NCBI GenBank assembly: GCA_965217865.1
Contig: CBDCJO010000002.1
Coordinates: forward strand, 4,320,001-4,384,000
Source of the DNA: Candidatus Latescibacterota bacterium
Lineage (GTDB): Bacteria > Latescibacterota > UBA2968 > SICM01
Direction: 5' to 3'
Length of the DNA: 64,000 nucleotides
This document shows positions 20,755 through 31,090 of the stretch, piece after piece. The position numbers and the translations under genes are program-made. The notes beneath the pieces are model-generated. The model was not told the origin of the DNA, did not search any database, and saw only the letters and a list, made by a program, of their open reading frames with translations. Positions within the stretch are counted from its first letter, which is position 1. Each line of letters starts with the position of its first letter.

Positions 20755-22149
20755 CTAGAGATTGGAAGATTCGCCCAACTCGAAGGCGGGCGGACCCGGC
20801 CGGGTTAGAAAAAAGGAAGCCCGGGCCGTTTCACCAGGGTGAAGATCCGCATATTTCTGAGACCACCTTTCCAAGAAGGTCGCTTTGTCAGCGTTTTCCA
20901 CCATTGCCCACACACTACCCCCGAACCCGGCTCCAAAAGCGGAAGCCGCAACGGCCCCGCATTCCCGCGCTGTACGGGCAAGCGCAACGGTCTGAGGCAC
21001 CTGATTGCACAAAAGGGTTTCTGTCAATTCCTGGGAGCGATCGACCAACCGGCCAAAGCGGTCCATATCCCCCGCGTTCAAGGCGTCTCCCGCCGGCCCG
21101 ATTATTTCTTCGTTCTCGGCGATGAAGTGATCGAGGCGCTGGATCAGGTCCTCGGAGCTGTGGGGCCCGTCCGAAACCTCCTCGAGAATCTGACGCAGAT
21201 TAACGAGCGCGCCGGGACCGCTTGATATGATGTCGGCCAGATAGATGTCTTCTCTCCCGGTTTTTTGCCTCCAGGCCTCGACGACGGCCGAAACCTTTGA
21301 CGATGCCCGGTTGTAGTGTTCCAGGGCAGCTCCGGTCTTTTCGGCCACCACTCCGCTGACCCCGACAGCGAAGACATAACCCGCCGGCATCTCGATGTAG
21401 CGTTCCAGCCGGGTGGGACAATATGCGAACTGTCCCAATCTACCCGACTCAGAACAGAGGATCGCGGTGTGGTCCTCGCTCCCCCCGAAAGTCCCCACGC
21501 CTCTGTCTCCTTCCAGATCCGCGAAGCTCTGACCGTTTTCGATGGTGCCCAGATAAGCGGCTAATGAGAGGAGATCGGATATATTTCTTCTGTAGGATTT
21601 ATCGACACTCAGGTCGTTGACACCGGCCAGGACCAGATAGGCAGCCACGATCAACGCGCTTGAGCTGCTCATACCCGTAGCGGGCGGAAGATCGCTCATA
21701 AAAGCAATATCCGCCCCACGACGACACGCCGGGAAATTTCTGGCCAGACGCCTTGCGACCGTCATGGGGTAGTTGGACCAGTGTCCCCGGGGGACCACGA
21801 GCTCGGGATCGAGTGAGAAACTCGCCCTTTCTCCTGTGTCCGCGGCAACGACATTGACGGATGAATCGGTCCTCGGAACCGCGACAAGACAGAATCCCTG
21901 TTCGACTGCGGTGACGATGCTGCGGCCGCCCCCATAATCCGTGTGTTTGCCGAGCACCTCGATTCGTCCAGGGATTAGAAATGCCCGAACTCCTGTTCTT
22001 TGACCATGTCCGAACTGGGCCAATCCCTTTGCCGCTTCTCCCAGGAAAGGGGCCTTGGCGGTTGCGGTCTCGGGGTGCAAACCGCCGCTCTGGAGAACCC
22101 CTTTCAGATTCTCTGCGTCTTCCATTTCTTTAAAAGTCAAATCGCTCAC
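20755..22149 (-). CDS. Galactokinase-family (GHMP) sugar kinase
   Basis: PGRIEVLGKHTDY, LPPATGMSSSSAL, FGAGFGG. Confidence 0.85.
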   Translation of the reverse strand: MSDLTFKEMEDAENLKGVLQSGGLHPETATAKAPFLGEAAKGLAQFGHGQRTGVRAFLIPGRIEVLGKHTDYGGGRSIVTAVEQGFCLVAVPRTDSSVNVVAADTGERASFSLDPELVVPRGHWSNYPMTVARRLARNFPACRRGADIAFMSDLPPATGMSSSSALIVAAYLVLAGVNDLSVDKSYRRNISDLLSLAAYLGTIENGQSFADLEGDRGVGTFGGSEDHTAILCSESGRLGQFAYCPTRLERYIEMPAGYVFAVGVSGVVAEKTGAALEHYNRASSKVSAVVEAWRQKTGREDIYLADIISSGPGALVNLRQILEEVSDGPHSSEDLIQRLDHFIAENEEIIGPAGDALNAGDMDRFGRLVDRSQELTETLLCNQVPQTVALARTARECGAVAASAFGAGFGGSVWAMVENADKATFLERWSQKYADLHPGETARASFFLTRPGPPAFELGESSNL

Positions 22150-22955
22150 AGATGAACCTCCGAACCGGACAAACGCTCGGTAACAGGCCCGATATCCTCA
22201 CGGTAGGACAGATCAAGTACCGCAGCCCGGGTGGGCAACACCCTGAATTTTTGATTAAGTCGGACGATGGCGTACTGAACCGCATCTGGAATCTCCAGCT
22301 CTCCCCTGAACGACGGAGAGATTGCACGGCAGGCGGGGAAGATTTCGCTGTGGAAACGCCAACAGTTCATACTCAAAGTTATGGGACCCGGCCAGTTCTT
22401 GAGGACTTCGGGTTCGGGCTTTTCCACGATGCCTTTCAGGTATCCGCACCCATCCATATCCACGACGGCGAACTGGGACAGCCGCTGGGACGGGATATTG
22501 CTTTGGGCGAGCATGATATCGCGATCAAAACCCGCCAGGCCGGGTCCGTCCAGGTCGCGAAGGGCCTTCAGAGCCTCCAAAGGGTAGTGGTTGTCGGAGT
22601 TGATCATCAGGAAGGGTTCCCCGGAGACAAAGTCCTGGGCAGCGACCACAGCATCCGCAGTTCCGCGCGGTTCATTCTGGACGGCAAAGCCGATCTCCAG
22701 ACGTTTTGGTTTGATCTTTTTGCCATAGTAATCCCGGATGTCGTCGTGCTCCGGACCTATGACAAGGCAGACTTGTCGATAACCGGCGTCGGCCAGGGTG
22801 CTGAGGACATAGTCCAGGAAGGGTCGTTCTATGGGAATAAGCGCTTTGACTCCGGTTTCCGCCACTTCGTGCTGTTTCCCAGACAGTTTAACCCCGTCGG
22901 CTTTCCTGCGCATACGGGTTCCCAATCCACGCGCGAGGACAACGACTTTGTCCAT
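22146..22955 (-). CDS. Sugar-1-phosphate nucleotidyltransferase
   Basis: VVLARGLGTRM, KALIPI, QNEPRGTADAV, IVEKP, RGELEIPD. GGAG RBS; overlaps the kinase start. Confidence 0.87.
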   Translation of the reverse strand: MDKVVVLARGLGTRMRRKADGVKLSGKQHEVAETGVKALIPIERPFLDYVLSTLADAGYRQVCLVIGPEHDDIRDYYGKKIKPKRLEIGFAVQNEPRGTADAVVAAQDFVSGEPFLMINSDNHYPLEALKALRDLDGPGLAGFDRDIMLAQSNIPSQRLSQFAVVDMDGCGYLKGIVEKPEPEVLKNWPGPITLSMNCWRFHSEIFPACRAISPSFRGELEIPDAVQYAIVRLNQKFRVLPTRAAVLDLSYREDIGPVTERLSGSEVHL

Positions 22956-23154
22956 AGTATCAACTCCCGTTTTAATGGCCGTTCGAGAAAGTCCCCCGTC
23001 CACAGGGATTGAGTGAAAGATATGCATCCATAGGGATGCAGGCAAGTCTCGGGATGACATTTTTGTGTCTTCGTGTTATATTTAAAGACAGTCCCAGATT
23101 TTGGTTCCAAGGTGAAGGCAATGGCATGGATATGGCTGTGGAGGGAAATAAGAT

Positions 23155-25260
23155 ATGAAAACAGGCGAATGGTTTGAGTCCGCGGTGGCTGAAGATCCGG
23201 GGTATCGAGAAGCGATCGCCAGCACATTGCTTTCTCGCCGAAAGAAGCCGGCATCTTTGGAGCAGGAGGGGCCGGGTCATGTTGTGGAATTCCTGAAAGG
23301 GGGGAAGCACAAATGTGGGGTTCTGTTGACGAAGAAAGCCCACTTGCGTCACCTGCACCGGATTCTGGACATGGACGATAAGGAGAACTTTTTACATTCC
23401 TCAAAGATCATCGACATCTCGTCCGCGTTCATCGGCACCCGACTTCCGAGGCCCGAGATCGTAAACTCGCTCCGGGCAATTGACCGTGAACGCGACCGAC
23501 TAAAAACAGCGATAAACGTGAATGAGCTATGGGAAGTCGTCCAGCCGGAAGGGGAGGAGTGGTCGCTGGAGGATCTGGCGAATCTTTACTTCGCTCAAGA
23601 TCCGGGGCGCCACGGTACCGCCGCGCTTTTCCGGGCGTTGGAGGATCATTCCATATTCGAGAGGCACGGAAAAATATTTGTACCCCTCCAGCCGGATGAG
23701 GTCGCAGAGCGCAGAGCGACCGATGAACGCGCTGCTCAAGCCGACTTATTTTTTCATCACGCCGCGAGATGGTTGAGGGATGCGGCCAAGACAAGGGTGG
23801 AAGCAGGGTTTCCTCCTCAAGAAGCGGACCGCGCGGTTGCGCTCCTCGCGGCCAAGGTCCTGTTCGGGACTCAACACCGCCACGCCGAACAGGCAAACGA
23901 ATTGGCCAGGCTTGCCCACTTCCACACAAGGGAAGCGATCTTCAATGCGCTGGTTAAAATAGGCCACTGGAAGGCGGATGAGAACCTTGACCTCATTCGT
24001 CACGATATCCCGACTGAGTTCGAGCAAGGGGTATTCACCGAGGCTGGGGAAGCGCAGCGGTCTCAACCTCGAAAGAGGGTGCCTCGCCTGTGGCTGAGGA
24101 GGGTCTACTCTTTTTCCGGTCCCAATGGCCGGCACGAGCGTGCTATCAGTATCAGGCATGGCTTGTTCGGTTTCACCGTAGGCCTCCACCTGGCTTCTCC
24201 GGCATTCCTCCTGCACGGTGAAGGGTTGGTTCAACAAGCCGCAGAGGACCGTGGCACCGGGCTTCACCTTCCGGACCGGTTCATTCCGATGCTGCCTGGA
24301 CCGATTTGCGAGAAGGCCGCACTATCAGAGAACGAACTCAATCCGACTCTTTCGATCCAACTTCGATTCGACTCCGATTTCAACCTGAAAAAGTATTGCT
24401 TTGAAATCCGCCGTGCGCGGGTGACATCTCCGGTCACTGTTGAAGAGGCAAACATAAGGGGGGAGAAGGATCCGGGTCTGCGGAAGCTTCTGAACCTGGC
24501 GAGGCATCTTAGGGGAAAGCGAGTTGCTGCAGGGGCGATTATCGTCGATGAACCCAGGGTGGAGGCTCGTGTCAAGAATGACGAAATTAGGCTGCGCCGT
24601 ACCGATCCGAATTCCCCCGCACTGCTGATCGAACAGGAATTCTCCATCCTGGCCAACACATTGGCGGGACAATGGTTCAAGGAGAAAGGCCTGCCGGCCA
24701 TTTATCGGACGGAGGACCCTCCCGCCGAAGTGTTCGTCGGTGCAAGAGGTTATGATCCCGTGGCTGCCCATCATCAGAAGAAATTTATGCCGAAGGCCAT
24801 CCTCCAAACCCATCCGGGGCCGCATCACGGTCTTGGCTCGGAGGTTTATGCGCCGATCACAAGACCGTTTATGAGATATACCGATCTATTGATGCACCAA
24901 CAACTTGTGGGATTCCTTGAAGGCGGCGGCGCAGTGTTCTCAAACGCCGACTTGAGGGAAGCCCTATTACGCACGGCATCCGCGCGGATGACCGCGAGGA
25001 AAATTGAAAACGCTTCAAACCGTTATTGGATCCTCCGGTATCTTGACAGCAGGATTGGGGCGGCATTGGACGCAGTCGTCCTGGAGCGGATTGGAAGCGG
25101 ATGCCTGGTGGAACTGAACGAAACCCGCATGAGCGGGATCTGCCCCGGGGGGATTGGGACGATATTAGAGACCGGGGACGGAGTTCAGGTACGGCTTGTG
25201 AAAGTATCCGCCCGGGCTGATGTCATCCGGTTACAGCTCATCGAAAAAGTGAAACGGTAA
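23155..25260 (+). CDS. RNB-domain (RNase II/R family) protein with degenerate active site
   Basis: RGTGLHLPDRFIPMLP, EFSILAN, HHGLG, YAPITRPFMRYTDLLMHQQL, C-terminal S1 domain. Confidence 0.85.
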   Translation: MKTGEWFESAVAEDPGYREAIASTLLSRRKKPASLEQEGPGHVVEFLKGGKHKCGVLLTKKAHLRHLHRILDMDDKENFLHSSKIIDISSAFIGTRLPRPEIVNSLRAIDRERDRLKTAINVNELWEVVQPEGEEWSLEDLANLYFAQDPGRHGTAALFRALEDHSIFERHGKIFVPLQPDEVAERRATDERAAQADLFFHHAARWLRDAAKTRVEAGFPPQEADRAVALLAAKVLFGTQHRHAEQANELARLAHFHTREAIFNALVKIGHWKADENLDLIRHDIPTEFEQGVFTEAGEAQRSQPRKRVPRLWLRRVYSFSGPNGRHERAISIRHGLFGFTVGLHLASPAFLLHGEGLVQQAAEDRGTGLHLPDRFIPMLPGPICEKAALSENELNPTLSIQLRFDSDFNLKKYCFEIRRARVTSPVTVEEANIRGEKDPGLRKLLNLARHLRGKRVAAGAIIVDEPRVEARVKNDEIRLRRTDPNSPALLIEQEFSILANTLAGQWFKEKGLPAIYRTEDPPAEVFVGARGYDPVAAHHQKKFMPKAILQTHPGPHHGLGSEVYAPITRPFMRYTDLLMHQQLVGFLEGGGAVFSNADLREALLRTASARMTARKIENASNRYWILRYLDSRIGAALDAVVLERIGSGCLVELNETRMSGICPGGIGTILETGDGVQVRLVKVSARADVIRLQLIEKVKR

Positions 25261-25297
25261 GGGAGGGGTCGAGGGAGGGTCACGAGTCGGGAAAGTT

Positions 25298-26182
25298 ATG
25301 TCCGATCCTTTCGAATCCATTCCGGCGAAAGATTGGCCGGATATCGACAGACTGATCGACACCGCACTCGAAGAGGACGTGGGGACGGGAGACGCGACCA
25401 CGCTCTGGGCCGTGCGAGAGAACCAGATGGCGAAGGCCGATCTGATCTCCAGGGGAGAGGCGGTGGGGGCAGGACTCCAGGTCGCCTCCCGGGTTTTCCA
25501 GCGAGTCGATCCACGTACTGTGTTTACCCCACACGTTCAGGACGGGGACGCAGTCGGGATCGATCGTCTCATCGCTGAAGTCTCTGGGCCTGCGAGAGGC
25601 ATCCTTACGGCCGAACGCACGGCCCTTAATTTTCTACAGCGGATGTCAGGGATCGCCACGGCCACTTCCGCGTGCGTCAAGGCGGTGGCTGGCACACGCA
25701 CGAAGATCCTGGATACGAGGAAAACCGCACCGGGATTACGAACCCTGGACAAATACGCCGTGCGGGCTGGAGGTGGGGTAAATCATCGGGTGGGGCTATT
25801 CGACATGGTATTGATCAAGGACAATCACATCGAGGCCGCGGACGGCATCGCTTCCGCGATCCATCGGGTCCGCGCCGGAATGGCCGAGGACAATCGCACC
25901 CTCAAAATCGAGGTGGAGGTCAAGGACCTGGATGAACTTCGCGAAGCCCTGGGTTGTCAGGTGGATCGGGTCATGCTCGACAATGTTGATCCGGATACGA
26001 TCCAGCAGGCTGTTGACTTGGTCCACGATATCCAAGAACGGCCGGAAATAGAGGTTTCCGGCGGGATCACCCTCGATTCCATCGGGATGATCGCCCGGAC
26101 CGGGGTTGACTTCATATCGGTCGGGGCCTTAACTCATTCCGTCCCCGCCCTGGACATCAGCCTTCAGTTCAGATCTCGATGA
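25298..26182 (+). CDS. nadC: Nicotinate-nucleotide pyrophosphorylase (carboxylating)
   Basis: ERTALNFLQRMSGIAT, DTRKTAPG, NHR.GL.D..LIKDNH, MLDN, EVSGG, VGALTHS. Confidence 0.97.
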   Translation: MSDPFESIPAKDWPDIDRLIDTALEEDVGTGDATTLWAVRENQMAKADLISRGEAVGAGLQVASRVFQRVDPRTVFTPHVQDGDAVGIDRLIAEVSGPARGILTAERTALNFLQRMSGIATATSACVKAVAGTRTKILDTRKTAPGLRTLDKYAVRAGGGVNHRVGLFDMVLIKDNHIEAADGIASAIHRVRAGMAEDNRTLKIEVEVKDLDELREALGCQVDRVMLDNVDPDTIQQAVDLVHDIQERPEIEVSGGITLDSIGMIARTGVDFISVGALTHSVPALDISLQFRSR

Positions 26183-26979
26183 ACGCTCTTCTCGGGGTCC
26201 TCCGCGACAGCACGGATTATGTTGTCGCGACGGACCTGGCCAGGATGGCGGACATATCCCTGGATGAGTTTCGACACTCACTGGTATCCCTTCGGAAACA
26301 GGGATATGAGGTTGAAGACCATCCCGACCTAGGATATCGTCTCATCGGAACACCGGACGCGATCCTCGCGGAAGAGATCCGATATGGTCTTTGTACAAGA
26401 TCGATCGGCCGGCATCTCCACTGTCAGGAGGTGGTCGGCTCCACAAACGACCTTGCCGGAGACCTTGCGGCAGACGGGGCTCCTGAGGGAACGATCGTCC
26501 TGGCCGAACAACAGACCGCAGGAAGGGGGCGACGGGGTCGGATCTGGCATTCGCCGCCTCTCGTGGGAATCTATCTCTCCTGTATCCTCCGGCCTCCCCT
26601 CGATCCCCCAGCTTTCTGGTTGGTCACGGCCTGCGCCTCGGTGGCGGTTTGTTATGCCATCACCTCGGCTTCAGGCCTGAAGCCTTCGGTCAAAAAACCC
26701 AACGATGTACTCCTGGCCGGTCGCAAAGTGTGCGGCATCCTGACGGAAGCCAGACGAGACACGGTCATTCTGGGTGTCGGGGTGAGTGTCAACCATGTGA
26801 TTGCGGACTTCCCGGAAGAACTGCATCAGGTGGCCACGTCGATCAGGATCGAATCGGGAAGGAAGATCGACCGGATCGGACTGCTGCGGAATATTTTGGA
26901 GGAACTCGATGAAGGATATGATCAGCTTAAAAGAGATGGCGGGAAATCCGCCGCCGAGAAATGGGAGGTGCTTTTCTGA
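26179..26979 (+). CDS. birA: Biotin--[acetyl-CoA-carboxylase] ligase with N-terminal HTH (C-terminal domain appears absent)
   Basis: GSTND, QTAGRGRRGR.W.SP, KPND, KVCGILTE. Confidence 0.92.
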   Translation: MNALLGVLRDSTDYVVATDLARMADISLDEFRHSLVSLRKQGYEVEDHPDLGYRLIGTPDAILAEEIRYGLCTRSIGRHLHCQEVVGSTNDLAGDLAADGAPEGTIVLAEQQTAGRGRRGRIWHSPPLVGIYLSCILRPPLDPPAFWLVTACASVAVCYAITSASGLKPSVKKPNDVLLAGRKVCGILTEARRDTVILGVGVSVNHVIADFPEELHQVATSIRIESGRKIDRIGLLRNILEELDEGYDQLKRDGGKSAAEKWEVLF

Positions 26980-26987
26980 AATAAAAA

Positions 26988-27776
26988 ATGGAAAGTGAAA
27001 AAATCGTGATGCTTTTGACCGTAGATATCGGAAACACCAACATCTCTTACGGAATCTTCCAGGACGACAGGCTGGCTGCCCACGGAAAGATTCCCACCGA
27101 ACCGGAACAGTCTCCCCGTTTCTACTCGGAGGCCTTTTGTGAAGTCCTGAAAAGTTCCTCCATCACCCCTTCAGATCTCCAGGGTGCAATCGTCGGGTCG
27201 GTGGTCAAGGACATGGCCGATACACTTCACGAGGCGATCATGGATTTCTCGGGTCTTGAGGCCATCGAGGCGCACGCAAGCGGAGACCTCGGCATCCGCG
27301 TCGATGTCCCGGCGCCCGAGCGAGTCGGCATCGACAGGCTTCTATCTGCCGCTGTTGCTTTCAAGGAGGGTGGAGGGCCCGTCGTGATCGTCGATCTCGG
27401 ATCAGCCCTGACCGTGGATCTGGTGTCAGGTGACGGGGTCTTCATGGGCGGGACGATTTCCCCCGGGCTCCACTCCAGTCTGGATGCCCTCCACCTCAAG
27501 ACAAGCCTCCTTCCCCGCGTCGATCTTTCCCCCCCAAAAAATATACTGGGGGTTGACACTGAAGCGTGCATCCTGTCCGGCGTCGTGTACGGCGTTGCGG
27601 GAACGGTGGAGGGGCTGGTCCGCCGTATCGCGTCGTGTGCTGCGGGTCCATCCCGGACGATTTTGACCGGGGGAGATTCCGCCTTTCTTTCTCCTTATCT
27701 AGACCTCCTGCACGATCTCGATCCCCACCTCCTTCTTCGCGGTTTAAGGCTCACATATCAGCGCAGCCGCCATTAA
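26988..27776 (+). CDS. coaX: Type III pantothenate kinase
   Basis: VDIGNTN, VGIDR, VDLGSA.T.D, GGTISPG, TGGD. Confidence 0.95.
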   Translation: MESEKIVMLLTVDIGNTNISYGIFQDDRLAAHGKIPTEPEQSPRFYSEAFCEVLKSSSITPSDLQGAIVGSVVKDMADTLHEAIMDFSGLEAIEAHASGDLGIRVDVPAPERVGIDRLLSAAVAFKEGGGPVVIVDLGSALTVDLVSGDGVFMGGTISPGLHSSLDALHLKTSLLPRVDLSPPKNILGVDTEACILSGVVYGVAGTVEGLVRRIASCAAGPSRTILTGGDSAFLSPYLDLLHDLDPHLLLRGLRLTYQRSRH

Positions 27777-27800
27777 CACTATCCTGGAAGTCCACATCTT

Positions 27801-27998
27801 TTGCAACTTGCGAAAGCACCCGCAAAATTTGCATTTTGCAAAAACTCTATAATTGCTTAATTTAAAGATTAGTAAGTCAATTTAAGAAACTCCCGGATCA
27901 TAAGGGGATTTCTCATTTTGCAAAAATCCGATCTGGGGCAGGCATGTCCATCCGGTCGATGATAAGATATAACATACTGTAATTGAGAAATTTGCAAA
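27801..27998. promoter_or_regulatory. Putative enhancer-binding-protein sites (TTGCA-W-rich-TGCAAA repeats)
   Basis: TTGCAACTTGCGAA (27801), TTTGCATTTTGCAAA (27828), TTCTCATTTTGCAAA (27910) and TTGAGAAATTTGCAAA (27983) in an AT-rich tract upstream of a sigma54 site. Confidence 0.5.
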
Positions 27999-28023
27999 GA
28001 ATATAGCCTCAGCTCGTCGGCAT

Positions 28024-28040
28024 CTGGCATACCTGTTGCA
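28024..28040 (+). promoter_or_regulatory. Sigma54 -24/-12 promoter
   Basis: CTGGCATACCTGTTGCA: GG-N10-GC matching TGGCAC-N5-TTGC. Confidence 0.8.
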
Positions 28041-28094
28041 ATCAGACATGGTGAAATCGTGAGAAACCGAATTTCCAAAAGGGAGGTCTAAACC

Positions 28095-29255
28095 ATGTCT
28101 GAAAAAATCAACAGATCGCTAACGCCATTGGCCTGGACGGCCTATTTGCTGATCGGAGTCGAGATTTTATATATGATCAGTCCCTTCGCGCTTTATTATT
28201 ATGGAACATATGGACCGAGCCTGAATTTTCTGCATCAATGGCCTGCCACCGCCTGGCTCACAGGGTTTTTCCTTCCTCATTATGTGCAAACATCTTCTTC
28301 GATTTTGAATTCGCTTCACGGGTTCGGCGGGGTTCTCTTTGTGGCCGGTCTCGGAATGTTTCTGGTGGGGGCCGGACAGGTCTATTATGCGAAGTTTTCC
28401 GGAAAAGGGGCCGTGACCAACGGGCTTTATAGATTCGTCCGGAACCCGCAGTACACGGCCTTAGGGGTGATGGGACTGGGTCTATTGCTGGTCTGGCCGC
28501 GGTTCACCGTGCTGATCATGTACTCGATGATGTTGTTCGTGTATTACTTCCTGGCGAAGCAGGAAGAGAGAGAGTGCGAAGGAAAATTTGGTGACGCATT
28601 CAGGGGTTATGCAGAAAGAACCCCGATGTTTTTTCCGTGGAGAATTTCGATCATCCAGCAACTGCCCGCGTTGCCAAAATCCGGGATTAAGCGCGTTGTG
28701 GCGAATCTTGCCCTGTTCTTTGGGGTATTGGTTTTTTTCCTCGTCGTGGGATTCTGGGTGAGGGAGATTTCCGTACGAAATCTTTCGGCATTGAACACCT
28801 CAGATTCCGCTACGATTTCTACCGTCCGGATGCTACCCGAAAAGATTGAAAAAATCATGGAGGTCGCACTGGACGTTCCTGAAGTGCAAGACAGGCTTGC
28901 CCAGGCGGGATTTGGCGCCGGGGAAAAATTCCTGAACTATGTGGTTCCGCTGACATGGTTTCTGCCGGATCTCCCGTTAGAGGTCATTCCGGAAGGCGTT
29001 TACGGCCATCATCAGCCGGACAATTTCAACCGGGATGAATTTAAGGTTCTGTTTACGAAGGCCAGGTTATTCAGGTGGGGCCCTGTCCCGGGCCTGACCT
29101 GCAATCTGGTAACAGGCCCAGACATCATCAAAAGGACATTCGGGAGAGTCCCAATCATTGTCGTAAAATTGAACGTCGCGACCAGAGAAATATTGGGTGT
29201 GGAGACACCGCCTTCCCACGTCCGGTGGGGGGATATACCCACGCCGTTATTCTAG
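28095..29255 (+). CDS. Isoprenylcysteine carboxylmethyltransferase (ICMT/PEMT) family membrane protein with C-terminal extracytoplasmic extension
   Basis: VTNGLYRFVRNPQY, EERECEGKFG..F..Y..RTPMFFP; GGAGG RBS. Confidence 0.82.
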   Translation: MSEKINRSLTPLAWTAYLLIGVEILYMISPFALYYYGTYGPSLNFLHQWPATAWLTGFFLPHYVQTSSSILNSLHGFGGVLFVAGLGMFLVGAGQVYYAKFSGKGAVTNGLYRFVRNPQYTALGVMGLGLLLVWPRFTVLIMYSMMLFVYYFLAKQEERECEGKFGDAFRGYAERTPMFFPWRISIIQQLPALPKSGIKRVVANLALFFGVLVFFLVVGFWVREISVRNLSALNTSDSATISTVRMLPEKIEKIMEVALDVPEVQDRLAQAGFGAGEKFLNYVVPLTWFLPDLPLEVIPEGVYGHHQPDNFNRDEFKVLFTKARLFRWGPVPGLTCNLVTGPDIIKRTFGRVPIIVVKLNVATREILGVETPPSHVRWGDIPTPLF

Positions 29256-31090
29256 GCCCTATACAAGCGTGAATTTTTCTTGGTTTTAGTAGAAAAAAGT
29301 TGAAAATGCCCCAGTTTTCAGGCCTATAGTTGTAGTGTGAAAGACAAAAAGAGGCCATCAAAAGGGGCATTTCAGATGAGAGAATATAGGAAGATTCTTC
29401 GGAACAGGGAAGCACGAATTGTCCGTCGTTTGCGTCGGAAGCAGTGGTGCAGTCAGGTCAAGCCTATGATGTCTGGGGGAAACATCCACTACGAGATAAG
29501 TGGGAAGGCCGAGGCGATCACGTGTGGGGGGATCGGCGCGTTTCACCACATGGTCCGCAGGGTTGGGCTGGTGAAAGAGATTGACCGTCATCTTCATCTT
29601 TTGAAAGTGCATTTGCCCTGTCACGAATCAGACCACGTTCTGAACATCGCCTACAATGCGCTGGTTGGTGGTCAACGCCTTGAAGACATTGAGCTGCGCC
29701 GGCAGGATGCCACGTTCCTGAACGCTTTGGGCGCTCAGCGTCTCCCGGATCCGACCACAGCAGGCGACTTTACACGTCGTTTCCGGCCATCGGATATCGA
29801 GACGTTGATGGATTGCATCAACCGGGTGCGCACCCGGATCTGGAAAAAGCGCGCCAGGGGCGAACTCAAAGAAGCCCTCATCGACATCGACGGCACCCTG
29901 GCCACCACCCTCGGAGAACGCAAGCAGGGCATGGCCCTGTCATACAACGGTATCTGGGGATACCATCCTCTCGTGGTCTCTCTGGCGAACACCAGGGAGG
30001 TGTTGTTTCTTGTGAATCGACCCGGCAATGTGCCCAGCCACGACGGTGCCGTAAAGTGGATCGATCGCGCCATCGCGCTGGTCGCCCCTTTCGCCAAACG
30101 CATCTGCCTGCGCGGAGACACCGGCTTCTCACTCACCCGGCACTTCGATCGTTGGTCGGAAAAGGTCGACTTCGTCTTCGGCATGGATGCTTACCGGGGA
30201 TTGGTCAAGATCGCCAAATCCCTGTCACAGAGCGATTGGGAGCCCTTTGAACGACAACCCAAATACCAGGTCAAGACCTCCCAGAGACAGAAACGCGAGA
30301 ACGTGAAAGCCCGGATCATCCGGGAGCGCGGCTTCAAAAACATCCGACTTGCCAGTGAACGTGTTGCCGGGGTTTCGTATCGTCCTGCTCGATGCAGGAA
30401 GACCTGTCGACTCGTGATCCTCGAAAAGAACCTGAGCGTCGAACGCGGCGAAAACGCCCTGTTCGATGACAAGCGCTGTTTCTTCTACATTACCACCCGA
30501 AAAGATCTTACGGCCGCGGAAATCGTGAGGCTGGCCAATCGACGGTGCGATCAGGAAAACGTGATTGAACAACTCAAGAACGGGGTCAACGCCATGCGGA
30601 TGCCCGTCGACAACCTGATGAGCAACTGGGCTTACATGGTCATGACCGCCCTGGCGTGGAACCTCAAAGCCTGGTTCGCGTTGATGATCCGAAAGCGTGA
30701 GCGTCGCGATCAACTTCTGAGAATGGAGTTTCGCGCCTTCCTCCAGAATCTGATCTGGATCCCTTGCCAGATCGTGACCCGGGGAAGACAGATCATCTAT
30801 CGTGTCTTGGGCTACAACCGGTGGATGACTGACTTCTTCCCGGCCTGGAACAGAATCAGATGGCTCAAACCGGCCTGACTGCCATGTCAGCACCTGTCGT
30901 CGTAACATCACAGGGACAAGTCCGTCCACCCCGGCTAAAACACGTCCGCAAACTCAGTTAATTAGACAATCGCATGCCGAAACAATCACAAAAACAGCCC
31001 AGACATCATCTCGACCAAGTCACAAGTCTGAAATGCTCCGAAATCTTGTATAACACACCGCTCAACAAGCCTATTCGCTTATTTTAGGGC
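29256..31090 (+). mobile_element. IS1380-family insertion sequence (~1.83 kb)
   Basis: Imperfect TIRs GCCCTATACAAGCG / CGCTTATTTTAGGGC, flanked by duplicated (C)TAG, enclosing a transposase. Confidence 0.88.
29337..30878 (+). CDS. IS1380-family DDE transposase
   Basis: PDPTTAGDF.RRF, IDIDGT, GYHPL, NRPGN, RGDTGF, RCDQENVIEQLK, NWAYMV...LAWNL. Confidence 0.93.
   Translation: MKDKKRPSKGAFQMREYRKILRNREARIVRRLRRKQWCSQVKPMMSGGNIHYEISGKAEAITCGGIGAFHHMVRRVGLVKEIDRHLHLLKVHLPCHESDHVLNIAYNALVGGQRLEDIELRRQDATFLNALGAQRLPDPTTAGDFTRRFRPSDIETLMDCINRVRTRIWKKRARGELKEALIDIDGTLATTLGERKQGMALSYNGIWGYHPLVVSLANTREVLFLVNRPGNVPSHDGAVKWIDRAIALVAPFAKRICLRGDTGFSLTRHFDRWSEKVDFVFGMDAYRGLVKIAKSLSQSDWEPFERQPKYQVKTSQRQKRENVKARIIRERGFKNIRLASERVAGVSYRPARCRKTCRLVILEKNLSVERGENALFDDKRCFFYITTRKDLTAAEIVRLANRRCDQENVIEQLKNGVNAMRMPVDNLMSNWAYMVMTALAWNLKAWFALMIRKRERRDQLLRMEFRAFLQNLIWIPCQIVTRGRQIIYRVLGYNRWMTDFFPAWNRIRWLKPA

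Noticed and set aside
22152-23012. Long antisense ORFs (also 5116-5952, 47753-48535, 53077-54000)
   Set aside because: Shadow frames of well-supported genes in GC-rich DNA.
31020-31060. Outward promoter at the IS1380 right end (CTGAAA...TATAAC)
   Set aside because: The 15-nt spacer and weak -35 make it unsupportable as a feature.
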